Assembly: GCA_963733195.1 (NCBI GenBank) | Contig: CAVTCR010000050.1 | Coordinates: forward strand, 1 to 64,000 | Direction: 5' to 3' | From: an uncultured delta proteobacterium | GTDB taxonomy: Bacteria; Desulfobacterota; Binatia; Bin18 | Length of the DNA stretch: 64,000 bases | Shown here: positions 52,552 through 62,787 of the stretch, piece by piece | Numbering within the stretch: position 1 is the stretch's first letter | Layout: the number at the start of each line of letters is the position of its first letter | Notes under the pieces: generated by a model | What the model was told of the DNA's origin: nothing | Seen by the model: only the letters and a program-made list of their open reading frames with translations | The model's database searches: none | Position numbers and translations under genes: made by a program

Positions 52552-53325
52552 ATGGCGGTACGCGAGCGTTACCCTAACAATATCCAAGCTGCAACGCTAA
52601 AAGCTGAGATTCGCAAGGCAATTTGGAATTTACTGACACAGCAAGGGATCATCCGCTTCCCCGGTCCGACTGGAAGGATTCCCAATTTTATCGGCGCGGA
52701 ACGCGCCGCCATGCTCCTCCGCGAGTTGACCGTCTGGCGCAAAGCGCAAGTCATCAAAGTTGGGTCCGATGCCCCGCAGCTTCCGGTACGGCGTGCCGCC
52801 TTAGCAGATGGGAAGATTCTCTATCTCGCGGTCCCACGGCTACGCGCGGAAAAATGTTTTGTTGAACTCGACCCGCAACGGCTCGGTGCTCGCATTGCTG
52901 TAGCTGCCAGCATTCGTGGAGCCCTCAAGTATGGTCGCCTTGTCACTCCACGTGAAATGCGACATACCGATTTGATCGTCAGCGGTTCCGTTGCGGCTAG
53001 TCGCGACGGCGCGCGGCTCGGCAAAGGTGGTGGATTTTCTGATCTGGAGTATGGCTTGCTTCGTGAAGAAGGAAAAGTCCGCGAACTCACTCCCATTGTT
53101 ACTACCATTCACCCCCTCCAATTGATCCTCCACAAGATTCCGATGTTTCCGCACGATCTTCCGGTGGACTTCGTCATTACCCCCACAGAAGTCATCGCCA
53201 CGCGTGCAGTTTATCCACGTCCACGCGGAATCTATTGGGACTTACTACGTGAAATAAAAATCAATGCCATTCCCATCTTGCGCAAGCGCTTGCGTCAAGG
53301 GGGAACAGGTACTCGACAAGGGTAG
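52552..53325 (+). CDS. 5-formyltetrahydrofolate cyclo-ligase family protein (MTHFSD/archaeal-like)
   Basis: GRIPNFIGA, DAPQ, PRLR, GSVA, RLGKGGGFSDLEY, HDLPVD. Confidence 0.88.
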   Translation: MAVRERYPNNIQAATLKAEIRKAIWNLLTQQGIIRFPGPTGRIPNFIGAERAAMLLRELTVWRKAQVIKVGSDAPQLPVRRAALADGKILYLAVPRLRAEKCFVELDPQRLGARIAVAASIRGALKYGRLVTPREMRHTDLIVSGSVAASRDGARLGKGGGFSDLEYGLLREEGKVRELTPIVTTIHPLQLILHKIPMFPHDLPVDFVITPTEVIATRAVYPRPRGIYWDLLREIKINAIPILRKRLRQGGTGTRQG

Positions 53326-53346
53326 TTTCAAGAAGAAAACGACGAC

Positions 53347-53817
53347 TTAGCTGCTCAAGCGATGCGCTGCAGTAATGGCTAGAGTCACTGCTTCGGTCGG
53401 TGTCTTTGCAGCCTGAACACCTTTCACATCTCCCCACGCATTGACCCCAATGACGGCTTTGCCTAGCTTCAAGGCAAGTGCGACTTCCGATAACGTTCCA
53501 TACGATCCAGGTAACGCAATCACTGCATCTCCAGCAGCAACCACCATCACATTCCGTGCGTGTCCTACACCTGAAGGGATCACGATAGACAAGGACGAAT
53601 TCCCAGTTGAAGCATCGTAGGTCGGTAGAATTCCGACTGTCGTTCCTCCCTGCGCCACTGCGCCATGTGCAGCCGCGGCCATCACGCCACCAAGTCCGCC
53701 ACATACAACCACAGCCCCGCTCCTTGCGAGCAACTGCCCAACCTCTTCGGCCCACTGTGTTACTTCAGGGGAGGGATTATTATCACCAACGACAGCAACC
53801 TGTAGTTTTCGTGCCAT
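53347..53817 (-). CDS. TIGR00725/LOG-like Rossmann-fold protein
   Basis: CGGLGGVM, TVGILP, ARN, GTLSE. Confidence 0.88.
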   Translation of the reverse strand: MARKLQVAVVGDNNPSPEVTQWAEEVGQLLARSGAVVVCGGLGGVMAAAAHGAVAQGGTTVGILPTYDASTGNSSLSIVIPSGVGHARNVMVVAAGDAVIALPGSYGTLSEVALALKLGKAVIGVNAWGDVKGVQAAKTPTEAVTLAITAAHRLSS

Positions 53818-53840
53818 AGCTGGCTTCTCCCAAATGTAAT

Positions 53841-54590
53841 TCAAAGAGAGAGCACATGACGCAGTTCCGGAATGGCGCGCACAACGTACTGCGGTGACGG
53901 AAACTCTTCGGGTAACGGAGCATCCTGCGCGTTAACCCACGCAACGTCCATTCCGACCCCAGAGGCCCCACGAATATCATCTTGGGGCGAATCACCCACA
54001 AACAAGGCATCTCGGGGCTCAACTCCGAGGTCCGTCAGGGTATCAATAAAAATGCGAGGGTGAGGCTTCCGCCAACCGTGCTCGTCAGAAATCACAATAT
54101 GTTCGAAGTATTCTGTAGCTCCGTCACGTTCGAGAATATGACGAGCAGTCGCCGCATGATCGAAGTTCGACACTAGGGCAACACGATAGCATTGTTGCGT
54201 GTCAGCAAGCAGCTCACAATGCGTCGAGGGGATATCGGTCGCATCTGCTAGCAATTGCATATGCGATGACGATAAAGCTCGTGCAATGTCTTGTGTGAGT
54301 GGGGAATCCTCTAGCCCGGCACGCGTCAGAATCAAGGAAAAACGATACGCTGAGGAGAATTCGCGCATTTCTCGAGTACGCACTTCGCCCAACTCGCGTG
54401 AGACTTCGGTGTGAGCCGCAAAGAACTGCGAGAAAGGAACTGTGGGCACGGTCTGTTCGACTACCGCACGTAGTTTCCCCATAGTCGACCGTGAAGATCT
54501 GCCTTCCCATTCAAAAATAGGCAACTTCTCTTGGCGGAACAGTGCCACCGTACCAAACAGATCAAAAAGAATGGCACGATATCTCTTCAC
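53841..54590 (-). CDS. HAD family hydrolase
   Basis: FDLFGT, VSN, KPHP, VGDS..DD. Confidence 0.9.
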   Translation of the reverse strand: MKRYRAILFDLFGTVALFRQEKLPIFEWEGRSSRSTMGKLRAVVEQTVPTVPFSQFFAAHTEVSRELGEVRTREMREFSSAYRFSLILTRAGLEDSPLTQDIARALSSSHMQLLADATDIPSTHCELLADTQQCYRVALVSNFDHAATARHILERDGATEYFEHIVISDEHGWRKPHPRIFIDTLTDLGVEPRDALFVGDSPQDDIRGASGVGMDVAWVNAQDAPLPEEFPSPQYVVRAIPELRHVLSL

Positions 54591-54599
54591 TACACGAAC

Positions 54600-55034
54600 C
54601 TATTGATAGAGAGGCTGTTTCTGTTGTGGATCCAATGGGCGCCTTCCGGCAAACCCTTCCTCTCGACCGTGATAGTAGCGGACTTCTTTTTCCCCGTATT
54701 GCCAACAAAGTTCGACAATTTCACCATCGATTCTCGCGGGGAAATCAACGAGTCCTAATTCGAGCCCTTTAAACAGACAGCCATGCCCCTCAATCTCCTC
54801 AACACTTTGCGAAAGCTGTTCAAACAACGGATGGAGGGCGGGCTTCCGTTGCAGAAGTTGGTGAATCGACAACTGGGCAAGGCTCTCTTCACTCTGCTCT
54901 TCCGTGATAGCGGACATTTCCTCACGAATCATGAGGCTCACCCGCTGCATGCGCTCAAGAATCAGCTCGAATCGTGGCACTAAGGCGTTGGCTTCTGCTA
55001 ACGTAAAAAGTTGCTCATGTGAATCGTCGTGCAT
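54600..55034 (-). CDS. DUF2203 family protein
   Basis: FTLAEANALVP, GLVDFP, LCWQYGE, GFAGRRP. Confidence 0.88.
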   Translation of the reverse strand: MHDDSHEQLFTLAEANALVPRFELILERMQRVSLMIREEMSAITEEQSEESLAQLSIHQLLQRKPALHPLFEQLSQSVEEIEGHGCLFKGLELGLVDFPARIDGEIVELCWQYGEKEVRYYHGREEGFAGRRPLDPQQKQPLYQ

Positions 55035-55154
55035 ATATTGTACTCGGGATAAGAGCGCCACGGTTGTAACCGCTCTTTACCCCTTGTGCAAGCGCAGACC
55101 ATGTATTATCTTTTTTACAGAGATTGTAACCGTATTGTAATGGAGGACGCCTCA

Positions 55155-57605
55155 ATGGCAGACTCGAAATTTAGTGCAAGTGAAGAAGAACAAAGCCAAG
55201 AGAATCGACCGGTTGGCTTTGAAGATGACCTGAGTGGGGTAGTCATTCCCCCAGAGCTTTCTATTTTACCATTACGCGGAGTCGTGATTTTTCCGTCCGC
55301 AATTGTTCCACTGCTGATTTCACGAGGTTCATCACTCAAGCTGGTTGATGATTGTCGCAAAGGAGACAATCTCCTTGGCCTTGCTACGCAAAAGAACCCG
55401 GATGACGAAAACCCAGGGGCACAGGCGCTATACGCACGGGGCTGTGCTGGACGCATCTTAAAGATGCTGAAGTATCCTGATGGCAGTGTCCGAATTCTAG
55501 TCCAAGGCGTCAAACGCATCGAGATACGGGATTACGTGCAATACGACCCCTATTTCCGTGCCCGAGTTGCCCACTTGCAAGATACCTTCGTTCCGTCAAA
55601 AGACCTTGATGCCCTGCAAGCTCACATGGTGAGCCAGTTCGCCAAGTTCGTTTCTATGGTTCCCTATCTTCCTGACGAACTGCAAGGCGTAGTAATGAAC
55701 ATCAAAGACCCAGGACGAGTCTCCGACCTGATCACCTCGAACCTTAATATCTCGGTCGACGAGAAGCAGGATCTGTTGAACACTTTGGAAGTACGTAACC
55801 GGTTGGAGAAGTTATCGTCGATCCTCAACCGTGAGATTGAGCTTGTCGAATTGGGCAACAAGATTCAATCGCAGGTGCAGAGCGAACTTAACAAGAACCA
55901 GAAAGAGTTCTATCTGCGTCAACAGATGCGCGCGATCCAGAAGGAACTCGGAGAAAACGACTCTCGGTCCAATGAGATCGAAGATCTGCGCAAAAAGATT
56001 GACGATGCCAAGATGCCGGAAGAAGCGCGTAAGGCCGCGGACAACGAACTCGAGCGGCTGCGTATGATTCCGCCCGAGTCGGCTGAGCATTCGATGGTCC
56101 GCACCTACCTTGAGTGGTTGGTGAACTTACCGTGGTCGGTCTCGACCGAAGATAATTTAGACATCCACCATGCCCGCCAAGTGTTGGACGAAGATCACTA
56201 TGGCCTTGAGAAAATCAAAGACCGCATTCTTGAATACCTAGCCGTGCGCAAACTGAAGAACGACTCTAAAGGCCCCATCTTGTGTTTTGTCGGCCCGCCG
56301 GGCGTTGGCAAAACCTCCTTGGGACGTTCCATCGCCCGTGCGATGGGGAGGAAATTCGCTCGCCTCTCTCTTGGTGGTGTGCGCGACGAAGCAGAAATTC
56401 GTGGCCATCGACGTACCTACATCGGCTCGCTCCCCGGACGCATCATTCAGTCGCTACGGACAGTGGGCTCACATAATCCGCTGTTCATGCTCGACGAGAT
56501 CGACAAGCTTGGCATGGATTTTCGTGGCGATCCGGCTTCGGCGTTGCTCGAGGTTCTCGATCCCGAACAAAACTTCTCGTTTTCTGACCACTACCTCGAT
56601 GTTCCTTTCGATCTCTCGAGGGTGATGTTTATCACCACAGCAAACTACCTGGAGCCCGTACCGCCAGCGTTGAGGGATCGTATGGAGGTGATCGAACTCG
56701 GAGGATACACTGAAGAAGATAAGCTTGAGATCGCCAAACGCCACCTGCTTCCCAAACAGATCAAAGAGAATGGCCTGACGGATAGCCAGATCTCCTTTGT
56801 TGACGACGCCATTCTTAGCATCGCACGGAGTTACACGCATGAGGCTGGCGTACGAAATCTCGAGCGCGAGATGGGCAGCGTCTGTCGCAAGGTCGCCCGT
56901 GCCGTCACCGAAGGGAAGACCGAGCAGACAGTCGTCACGACCGCCAAACTGCGCGAGTTACTCGGTCCAGAGAAATTTTTCTCCGAAGTCGCGGAACGTA
57001 CCCAGGAGACGGGAGTCGCCACTGGACTCGCCTGGACGCCGAACGGTGGAGAGATTCTCTTTATCGAGTCTACTCGGATGGCAGGGAAAAAAGGACTGAC
57101 GATCACCGGACACTTGGGTGATGTGATGAAAGAGTCGGCACAGGCCGCACTCTCATACGTACGGTCTCGTGCTGACCGGTTAGGCCTCTCTTCGGACTTC
57201 TTTGAAAATTGTGATCTACATATTCACGTCCCAGCGGGAGCCATTCCCAAAGATGGTCCATCCGCGGGTATCACGATCGCTACGTCCTTGTCCTCGTTGC
57301 TCACTAGCCGTCCAGTGCACTCTCACATTGCCATGACCGGAGAAATCACCTTACGCGGCAAAGTTATGCCAATCGGTGGTGTCAAAGAAAAGGTGTTAGC
57401 GGCACGACGTGCTGGGATTACTACGGTGATCCTGCCCAAGCGCAATGAAAAAGATATGGAAGACGTTCCTGCCAACGTCCGACAAGAGATTCAATTTCGC
57501 TTTGTTGAAACGATGGACGATGTCCTCGATATCGCACTAGAGCCTGCAGCTATCCCGATCGATGCCAAACCGTCGAGTTTCCAACGTGTAGTCGCATCTT
57601 CGTAA
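55155..57605 (+). CDS. lon: ATP-dependent protease La (Lon)
   Basis: GPPGVGKTS, RGHRRTYIG, PKDGPSAG, GGVKEK. Confidence 0.97.
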   Translation: MADSKFSASEEEQSQENRPVGFEDDLSGVVIPPELSILPLRGVVIFPSAIVPLLISRGSSLKLVDDCRKGDNLLGLATQKNPDDENPGAQALYARGCAGRILKMLKYPDGSVRILVQGVKRIEIRDYVQYDPYFRARVAHLQDTFVPSKDLDALQAHMVSQFAKFVSMVPYLPDELQGVVMNIKDPGRVSDLITSNLNISVDEKQDLLNTLEVRNRLEKLSSILNREIELVELGNKIQSQVQSELNKNQKEFYLRQQMRAIQKELGENDSRSNEIEDLRKKIDDAKMPEEARKAADNELERLRMIPPESAEHSMVRTYLEWLVNLPWSVSTEDNLDIHHARQVLDEDHYGLEKIKDRILEYLAVRKLKNDSKGPILCFVGPPGVGKTSLGRSIARAMGRKFARLSLGGVRDEAEIRGHRRTYIGSLPGRIIQSLRTVGSHNPLFMLDEIDKLGMDFRGDPASALLEVLDPEQNFSFSDHYLDVPFDLSRVMFITTANYLEPVPPALRDRMEVIELGGYTEEDKLEIAKRHLLPKQIKENGLTDSQISFVDDAILSIARSYTHEAGVRNLEREMGSVCRKVARAVTEGKTEQTVVTTAKLRELLGPEKFFSEVAERTQETGVATGLAWTPNGGEILFIESTRMAGKKGLTITGHLGDVMKESAQAALSYVRSRADRLGLSSDFFENCDLHIHVPAGAIPKDGPSAGITIATSLSSLLTSRPVHSHIAMTGEITLRGKVMPIGGVKEKVLAARRAGITTVILPKRNEKDMEDVPANVRQEIQFRFVETMDDVLDIALEPAAIPIDAKPSSFQRVVASS

Positions 57606-57654
57606 ACATGCAGTAGGGACATACTCGACGGACCTTCGTGGTTCTGAAACGACC

Positions 57655-57686
57655 AACGGGAGGCGTACCTGCCTCCCGTTTTCTTT
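57655..57686 (+). terminator. Rho-independent terminator after lon
   Basis: AACGGGAGGC-GTACCT-GCCTCCCGTT-TTCTTT. Confidence 0.7.
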
Positions 57687-57698
57687 AAGGAAATAGGA

Positions 57699-58580
57699 AT
57701 GACACCAAAAGTGAGAAAAGCGGTGATCCCTGCCGCTGGTCTTGGTACTCGCCTTCTGCCTGTCACTAAAACCGTACCGAAAGAACTCCTGCTCGTTGTG
57801 GACCGTCCAGCCACACAATATGCGATAGAAGAAGCCGTTGCCGCCGGCATCGAAGAGATCGTGTTCATCATTAGCGAGAACAAAGAGAACATTGGCCATT
57901 ATTTCTCACCGGCTCCAGCGCTCGATACTTGGCTTGCCGACCAAGGTAAAGCCTCACTTTTAGATAATCTGAACACGTTGTTAGCGCATGTTCGGACGCG
58001 TTGCGTCTATCAGGATCAACCCCGTGGACTTGGACACGCCGTCCTCTGTGCTCGTGAGGCCGTAGGCGATGAACCATGTATCGTGATCTTGCCAGACGAT
58101 CTTGGCGAAGCCGACCCTCCACTCGCCGCCCAGCTCTTACGAGTGTACGAACGTAAGGGCACAGGCGTCGTAGCACTAGAACGCATTCCACGTGACGATA
58201 TCCATCGTTACGGTGTCATCGCTGGCACAGAGCGCGAACCACGGACCTATGAAATCTCCGACATGGTAGAAAAACCACCGCGTGGGACTGAACCTTCAGA
58301 TCTCGCTATTATTGGCCGCTACGTTCTTCCTGCCGAGATTTTCCCCATCCTAGAGCGCGTTCAACCTGGGGCCGGTGGAGAAATCCAATTGACCGATGGC
58401 CTTAAGGTACTCCGGCAACGGCGTGGGCTTTTTGGTTACGAGTTCACCGGACGGCGTCACGATGTCGGTACTGTTCCGGGTTTCCTTGAAACAACGGTAC
58501 GTCTTGCACTCAATAATCCTGCCACACAAGAGAAAATGCACACCCTCATTCGCGAATTGTACGCTGAGATCTCTAAGTAA
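57699..58580 (+). CDS. galU: UTP--glucose-1-phosphate uridylyltransferase
   Basis: KAVIPAAGLGTR, PKE, GLGHAV, VEKP, GEIQLTD. Confidence 0.93.
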   Translation: MTPKVRKAVIPAAGLGTRLLPVTKTVPKELLLVVDRPATQYAIEEAVAAGIEEIVFIISENKENIGHYFSPAPALDTWLADQGKASLLDNLNTLLAHVRTRCVYQDQPRGLGHAVLCAREAVGDEPCIVILPDDLGEADPPLAAQLLRVYERKGTGVVALERIPRDDIHRYGVIAGTEREPRTYEISDMVEKPPRGTEPSDLAIIGRYVLPAEIFPILERVQPGAGGEIQLTDGLKVLRQRRGLFGYEFTGRRHDVGTVPGFLETTVRLALNNPATQEKMHTLIRELYAEISK

Positions 58581-58620
58581 ACGTTCGCATTTCCTACCCC
58601 ATCTCTCAGTTGGAGCCATT

Positions 58621-59805
58621 ATGGAGCTAACCACCATCGAACAGTTGCCATTGCAGGGTAAACGCGTTTTCATTCGCGTTGATTTTAACGTGCCACTCAA
58701 CAAGGCGGGAGAAGTTACTGACGACACGCGTATTCGCGAAGCGCTCCCAACTATTCGTTACGCGCGTCAACAAGGAGCCAAAGTATTGCTCGCCTCTCAC
58801 CTTGGTCGTCCAAAGGGAAAAGTCGACCCAGCGTTTAGTCTCAGACCGGCAGCAGAACGATTGGCAGTATTATTAAGCACAACAGTTCCTCTTGCTGCAG
58901 ATTGTGTAGGCCCAACGGTACTAGCGACTATCGATCAGCTTGCAACTGGTGATGTTCTCGTCCTGGAGAACTTGCGGTTTCATCCTGAGGAAGAAAAAAA
59001 TGAAGCGGGATTTGCTCGCGATCTTGCCAATCTCGCTGACGTCTATGTCAATGATGCGTTTGGCTCCTCGCACCGTGCGCATGCATCAGTCGTCGGCATG
59101 GTCTCACATTACGTTCATAAAGGTGTCGGGTTCTTGATGCGGAAAGAAGTCGCGGCACTCTCTCGCTTGCTACAATCCCCAGATCGTCCGTTCGTGGCCA
59201 TTCTTGGTGGAGCAAAAGTCTCTGACAAAATCGGCCTGATCGGGAGTTTGCTCACACGAGCAGATACCATCATCATCGGCGGGGCAATGGCCTATACATT
59301 GCTCCAGGCACAAGGAGTGCACATTGGCAAGTCATTAGTTGAACCTGACAAGATTCACGAAGTGCAAGACATACTCGCCAAGGCAAAGGAGCAAGGGGTG
59401 ACAATCCTTGTTCCGCAAGATCACGTCGTTGTCGCAGAATTGCAACCCGGAGCTTCCGCATCCATTACTTCCGGGCCTGAGATTCAAAGCGACCAGCTTG
59501 GTGTTGATATTGGCCCACGCAGTATTGAGACCTTTCGTAGCGCGCTGCGCTCAGCACGGACGATTTTGTGGAATGGTCCAATGGGGGTGTTCGAGATGGC
59601 ACCCTTCGACCGTGGCACGCGAGCGCTCGCAGAAACCGTCGCGACAACAACATGCTTCAGCGTCGTGGGTGGAGGTGACACTGTAGCCGCACTCACTCAG
59701 GCTGGACTTGCAGAGAAAGTCAGTCACCTCTCGACTGGGGGAGGCGCCTCGCTCGAGTTCTTGGAAGCGGGAGACTTACCTGGGCTTGCAGCACTCCGTG
59801 TATAA
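58621..59805 (+). CDS. pgk: Phosphoglycerate kinase
   Basis: RVDFNVP, SHLGRPKG, GGAKVSDK, WNGPMGVFE, STGGGASLE. Confidence 0.97.
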   Translation: MELTTIEQLPLQGKRVFIRVDFNVPLNKAGEVTDDTRIREALPTIRYARQQGAKVLLASHLGRPKGKVDPAFSLRPAAERLAVLLSTTVPLAADCVGPTVLATIDQLATGDVLVLENLRFHPEEEKNEAGFARDLANLADVYVNDAFGSSHRAHASVVGMVSHYVHKGVGFLMRKEVAALSRLLQSPDRPFVAILGGAKVSDKIGLIGSLLTRADTIIIGGAMAYTLLQAQGVHIGKSLVEPDKIHEVQDILAKAKEQGVTILVPQDHVVVAELQPGASASITSGPEIQSDQLGVDIGPRSIETFRSALRSARTILWNGPMGVFEMAPFDRGTRALAETVATTTCFSVVGGGDTVAALTQAGLAEKVSHLSTGGGASLEFLEAGDLPGLAALRV

Positions 59806-59923
59806 GTGGGTGAAGGAACCTCACTCACAGCCAGTGGCCCCCTTTTCTGGGTATTACTTTTTTGCTACACAAGGTGCACCTCTCCATATTAGGATGAGGC
59901 GGCAAGGAAAGGAGCCATTAAAG

Positions 59924-60595
<672 letters not shown>

Positions 60596-60631
60596 ACACG
60601 AATGGCGTAGACCCTTACTCAACTGGACGGG

Positions 60632-60666
60632 ACGCCAAGGTAGAATTCCACCTTGGCGTTTCTTTT
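60632..60666 (+). terminator. Rho-independent terminator after the OmpA gene
   Basis: ACGCCAAGGT-N8-ACCTTGGCGT-TTCTTTT. Confidence 0.75.
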
Positions 60667-60701
60667 ATCAACGCGGCTGATAGATTATAGAGAGGGAACG
60701 T

Positions 60702-61226
60702 ATGCAAACGATCATGAGCGGCTCAAGGGAACGATTCCACTCTCTTATTTGTATTATTATTGCCGGGCTTCTCATGTTCCCTGCCCTTACAGGTGCCGCC
60801 GAAAAAACTGTCAAGAAGGCAGCGACCAAGCAGAGTAAAACCAAGAAAGCTGCCTCCCCCCAGGCAAAAACAAGCCCAAAAGTCGATGAGAACACAGCCC
60901 GAACAGCTTTTGAGACCTTTACTCAGGAGTGGATGACGAAACTCGCCGAAGCCGAAGAGTTTCAACGAGCGCAAAAGATCAAAGTGACACAACTCTCTGA
61001 CGGTTACTCTGCAGAATATGTGGGATATCTGCCCCAACGCGTCATTGAGGTGAAGAAAACAGAATACGAGGAGACGCCTTTTGTTGGCACTCTCACTTAC
61101 TACGAACGCACCCTTCGCTGTACAGCGAAAACCAAAGAGCAAGCATTGCAAGGTCCGTTTGAACAAGTACAAACCTCTCCTGTACGAGAAATTTTTCGTT
61201 TTACCAAAGGGAAATGGGTCTATTAG
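60702..61226 (+). CDS. Exported hypothetical protein
   Basis: Signal peptide, Lys/Ala-rich linker, PFVGTLTYYE, EIFRF..GKWVY. Confidence 0.7.
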   Translation: MQTIMSGSRERFHSLICIIIAGLLMFPALTGAAEKTVKKAATKQSKTKKAASPQAKTSPKVDENTARTAFETFTQEWMTKLAEAEEFQRAQKIKVTQLSDGYSAEYVGYLPQRVIEVKKTEYEETPFVGTLTYYERTLRCTAKTKEQALQGPFEQVQTSPVREIFRFTKGKWVY

Positions 61227-61344
61227 GGTTCCAGGGCGACACCTCTTGCTGAAAAAATCCCTCCTACGCTTGTCACGATCTTGTCCCCACCTTAGATCCG
61301 TGACACACAGAGAATCTACGCAACACCATTCCTGGTGAGGCACG

Positions 61345-62736
61345 TTGATGACAAACTGTATAAATAGGTGGCATTTTTTTCAGACTATTCTCTCTCTCAC
61401 GTTTCTTTCTCTTTCTCCTCACCTGCTCCTAGCCGAAGAGAAAAACTGGCAAGTAACGCAGGAAACGCTCCCTAACGGTTTACAAGTCGTCATGCTTGAA
61501 GACCATCGTGCTCCGGTCGTTACTTTACAGGTGTGGTACAAAGTCGGGTCCCGCAATGAACGTACTGGCATTACCGGTATCTCTCACTTGCTCGAACACA
61601 TCATGTTTCGTGGTACGCCCAAGTACGGCCAGGGCGAATTTTCCCGCCTCGTACAAGATAAGGGAGGCTCGCACAATGCCTTCACCTCAGATGACCAAAC
61701 CGTCTACTTCGAGAATATAGCGTCTTCCCATCTCGACCTATTGCTTGAACTTGAAGCTGACCGGATGGCCAACCTTACCCTTGATGAAGCGAGTTTTTCT
61801 GCCGAACGCAAGATCGTTATGGAAGAGCGCCGCTTGCGTACCGCGGACGAGCCTGCCGCAGATTTGTATGAGCAAGTAAGTGCAGCGGCCTATACCGCTC
61901 ACCCGTACGGCTGGCCAGTCGTCGGCTGGATGAGTGATCTCGAAAACATGACGCTTGTTGACGTGAAAGCCTATAGACAGCTCTTCTATGCGCCAAGCAA
62001 CGCTATTCTTGTTGTTGCTGGGGATATTTCTCCAGAGACACTACTGCCAAAAATTAAAGCCACCTTTGGCGCAATTCCTGCCGGGAAGCCAACACCAAAA
62101 GTGACATCCGAAGAACCTCCACAGCGAGGAGAGCGTCGCGTAACGCTCAAGCGACCCGCTTCATTGCCGCTCTATGTTGCTGCCTATCATGTACCCAACC
62201 TCAAAAGCGAAGACAGTTTCCCCTTAGCACTGCTATCTGTAGTGCTTGCTGGGGGTCGGAGCTCACGCCTCCAATCCTCACTTGTAGAACGGAAAGCGCT
62301 CGCCCTTGGGGCCGATGCTAGTTATGACCAGTCGTCGCAAGACCCATCTCTCTTCACACTGTCAATGCGCCTCGCTCCTGGAAAACGCGTGCAAGATGCT
62401 GAACGTGCGCTCTATCAAGAAGTAGAACTATTGAAGAGGAAACGCGTCAGTCCAAAAGAACTGAATCGCGCCAAGAATTTAGTGGAATCATCGTTCGTCT
62501 ACGGCCAAGATTCGCTCTTCTATCGCGCCATGCAGCTGGGTGAGTACGCCTCGTTAGGCAACTGGGCACTCATTCACAAGTTCATCCCAGGAATCCGTGC
62601 GGTCTCTGCTGCCGACCTCCAGCGTGTGGCAAAGACTTATCTCGGTGAAGATAACCGTACTGTTGGGATACTGATTCCAGAAGGGAAACCAATTCGCGAA
62701 CGGCCGTCCAGTGCAGCGAGAGGACCTTTACATTAA
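61345..62736 (+). CDS. M16 family zinc peptidase (catalytic subunit)
   Basis: HLLEH inverted zincin motif, NAFT, EERR. Confidence 0.93.
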   Translation: MMTNCINRWHFFQTILSLTFLSLSPHLLLAEEKNWQVTQETLPNGLQVVMLEDHRAPVVTLQVWYKVGSRNERTGITGISHLLEHIMFRGTPKYGQGEFSRLVQDKGGSHNAFTSDDQTVYFENIASSHLDLLLELEADRMANLTLDEASFSAERKIVMEERRLRTADEPAADLYEQVSAAAYTAHPYGWPVVGWMSDLENMTLVDVKAYRQLFYAPSNAILVVAGDISPETLLPKIKATFGAIPAGKPTPKVTSEEPPQRGERRVTLKRPASLPLYVAAYHVPNLKSEDSFPLALLSVVLAGGRSSRLQSSLVERKALALGADASYDQSSQDPSLFTLSMRLAPGKRVQDAERALYQEVELLKRKRVSPKELNRAKNLVESSFVYGQDSLFYRAMQLGEYASLGNWALIHKFIPGIRAVSAADLQRVAKTYLGEDNRTVGILIPEGKPIRERPSSAARGPLH

Positions 62737-62787
62737 AGGCACTCACCAGCCCTTCCTCTCCATCCTGGAGACACGAAAGAATTAACG

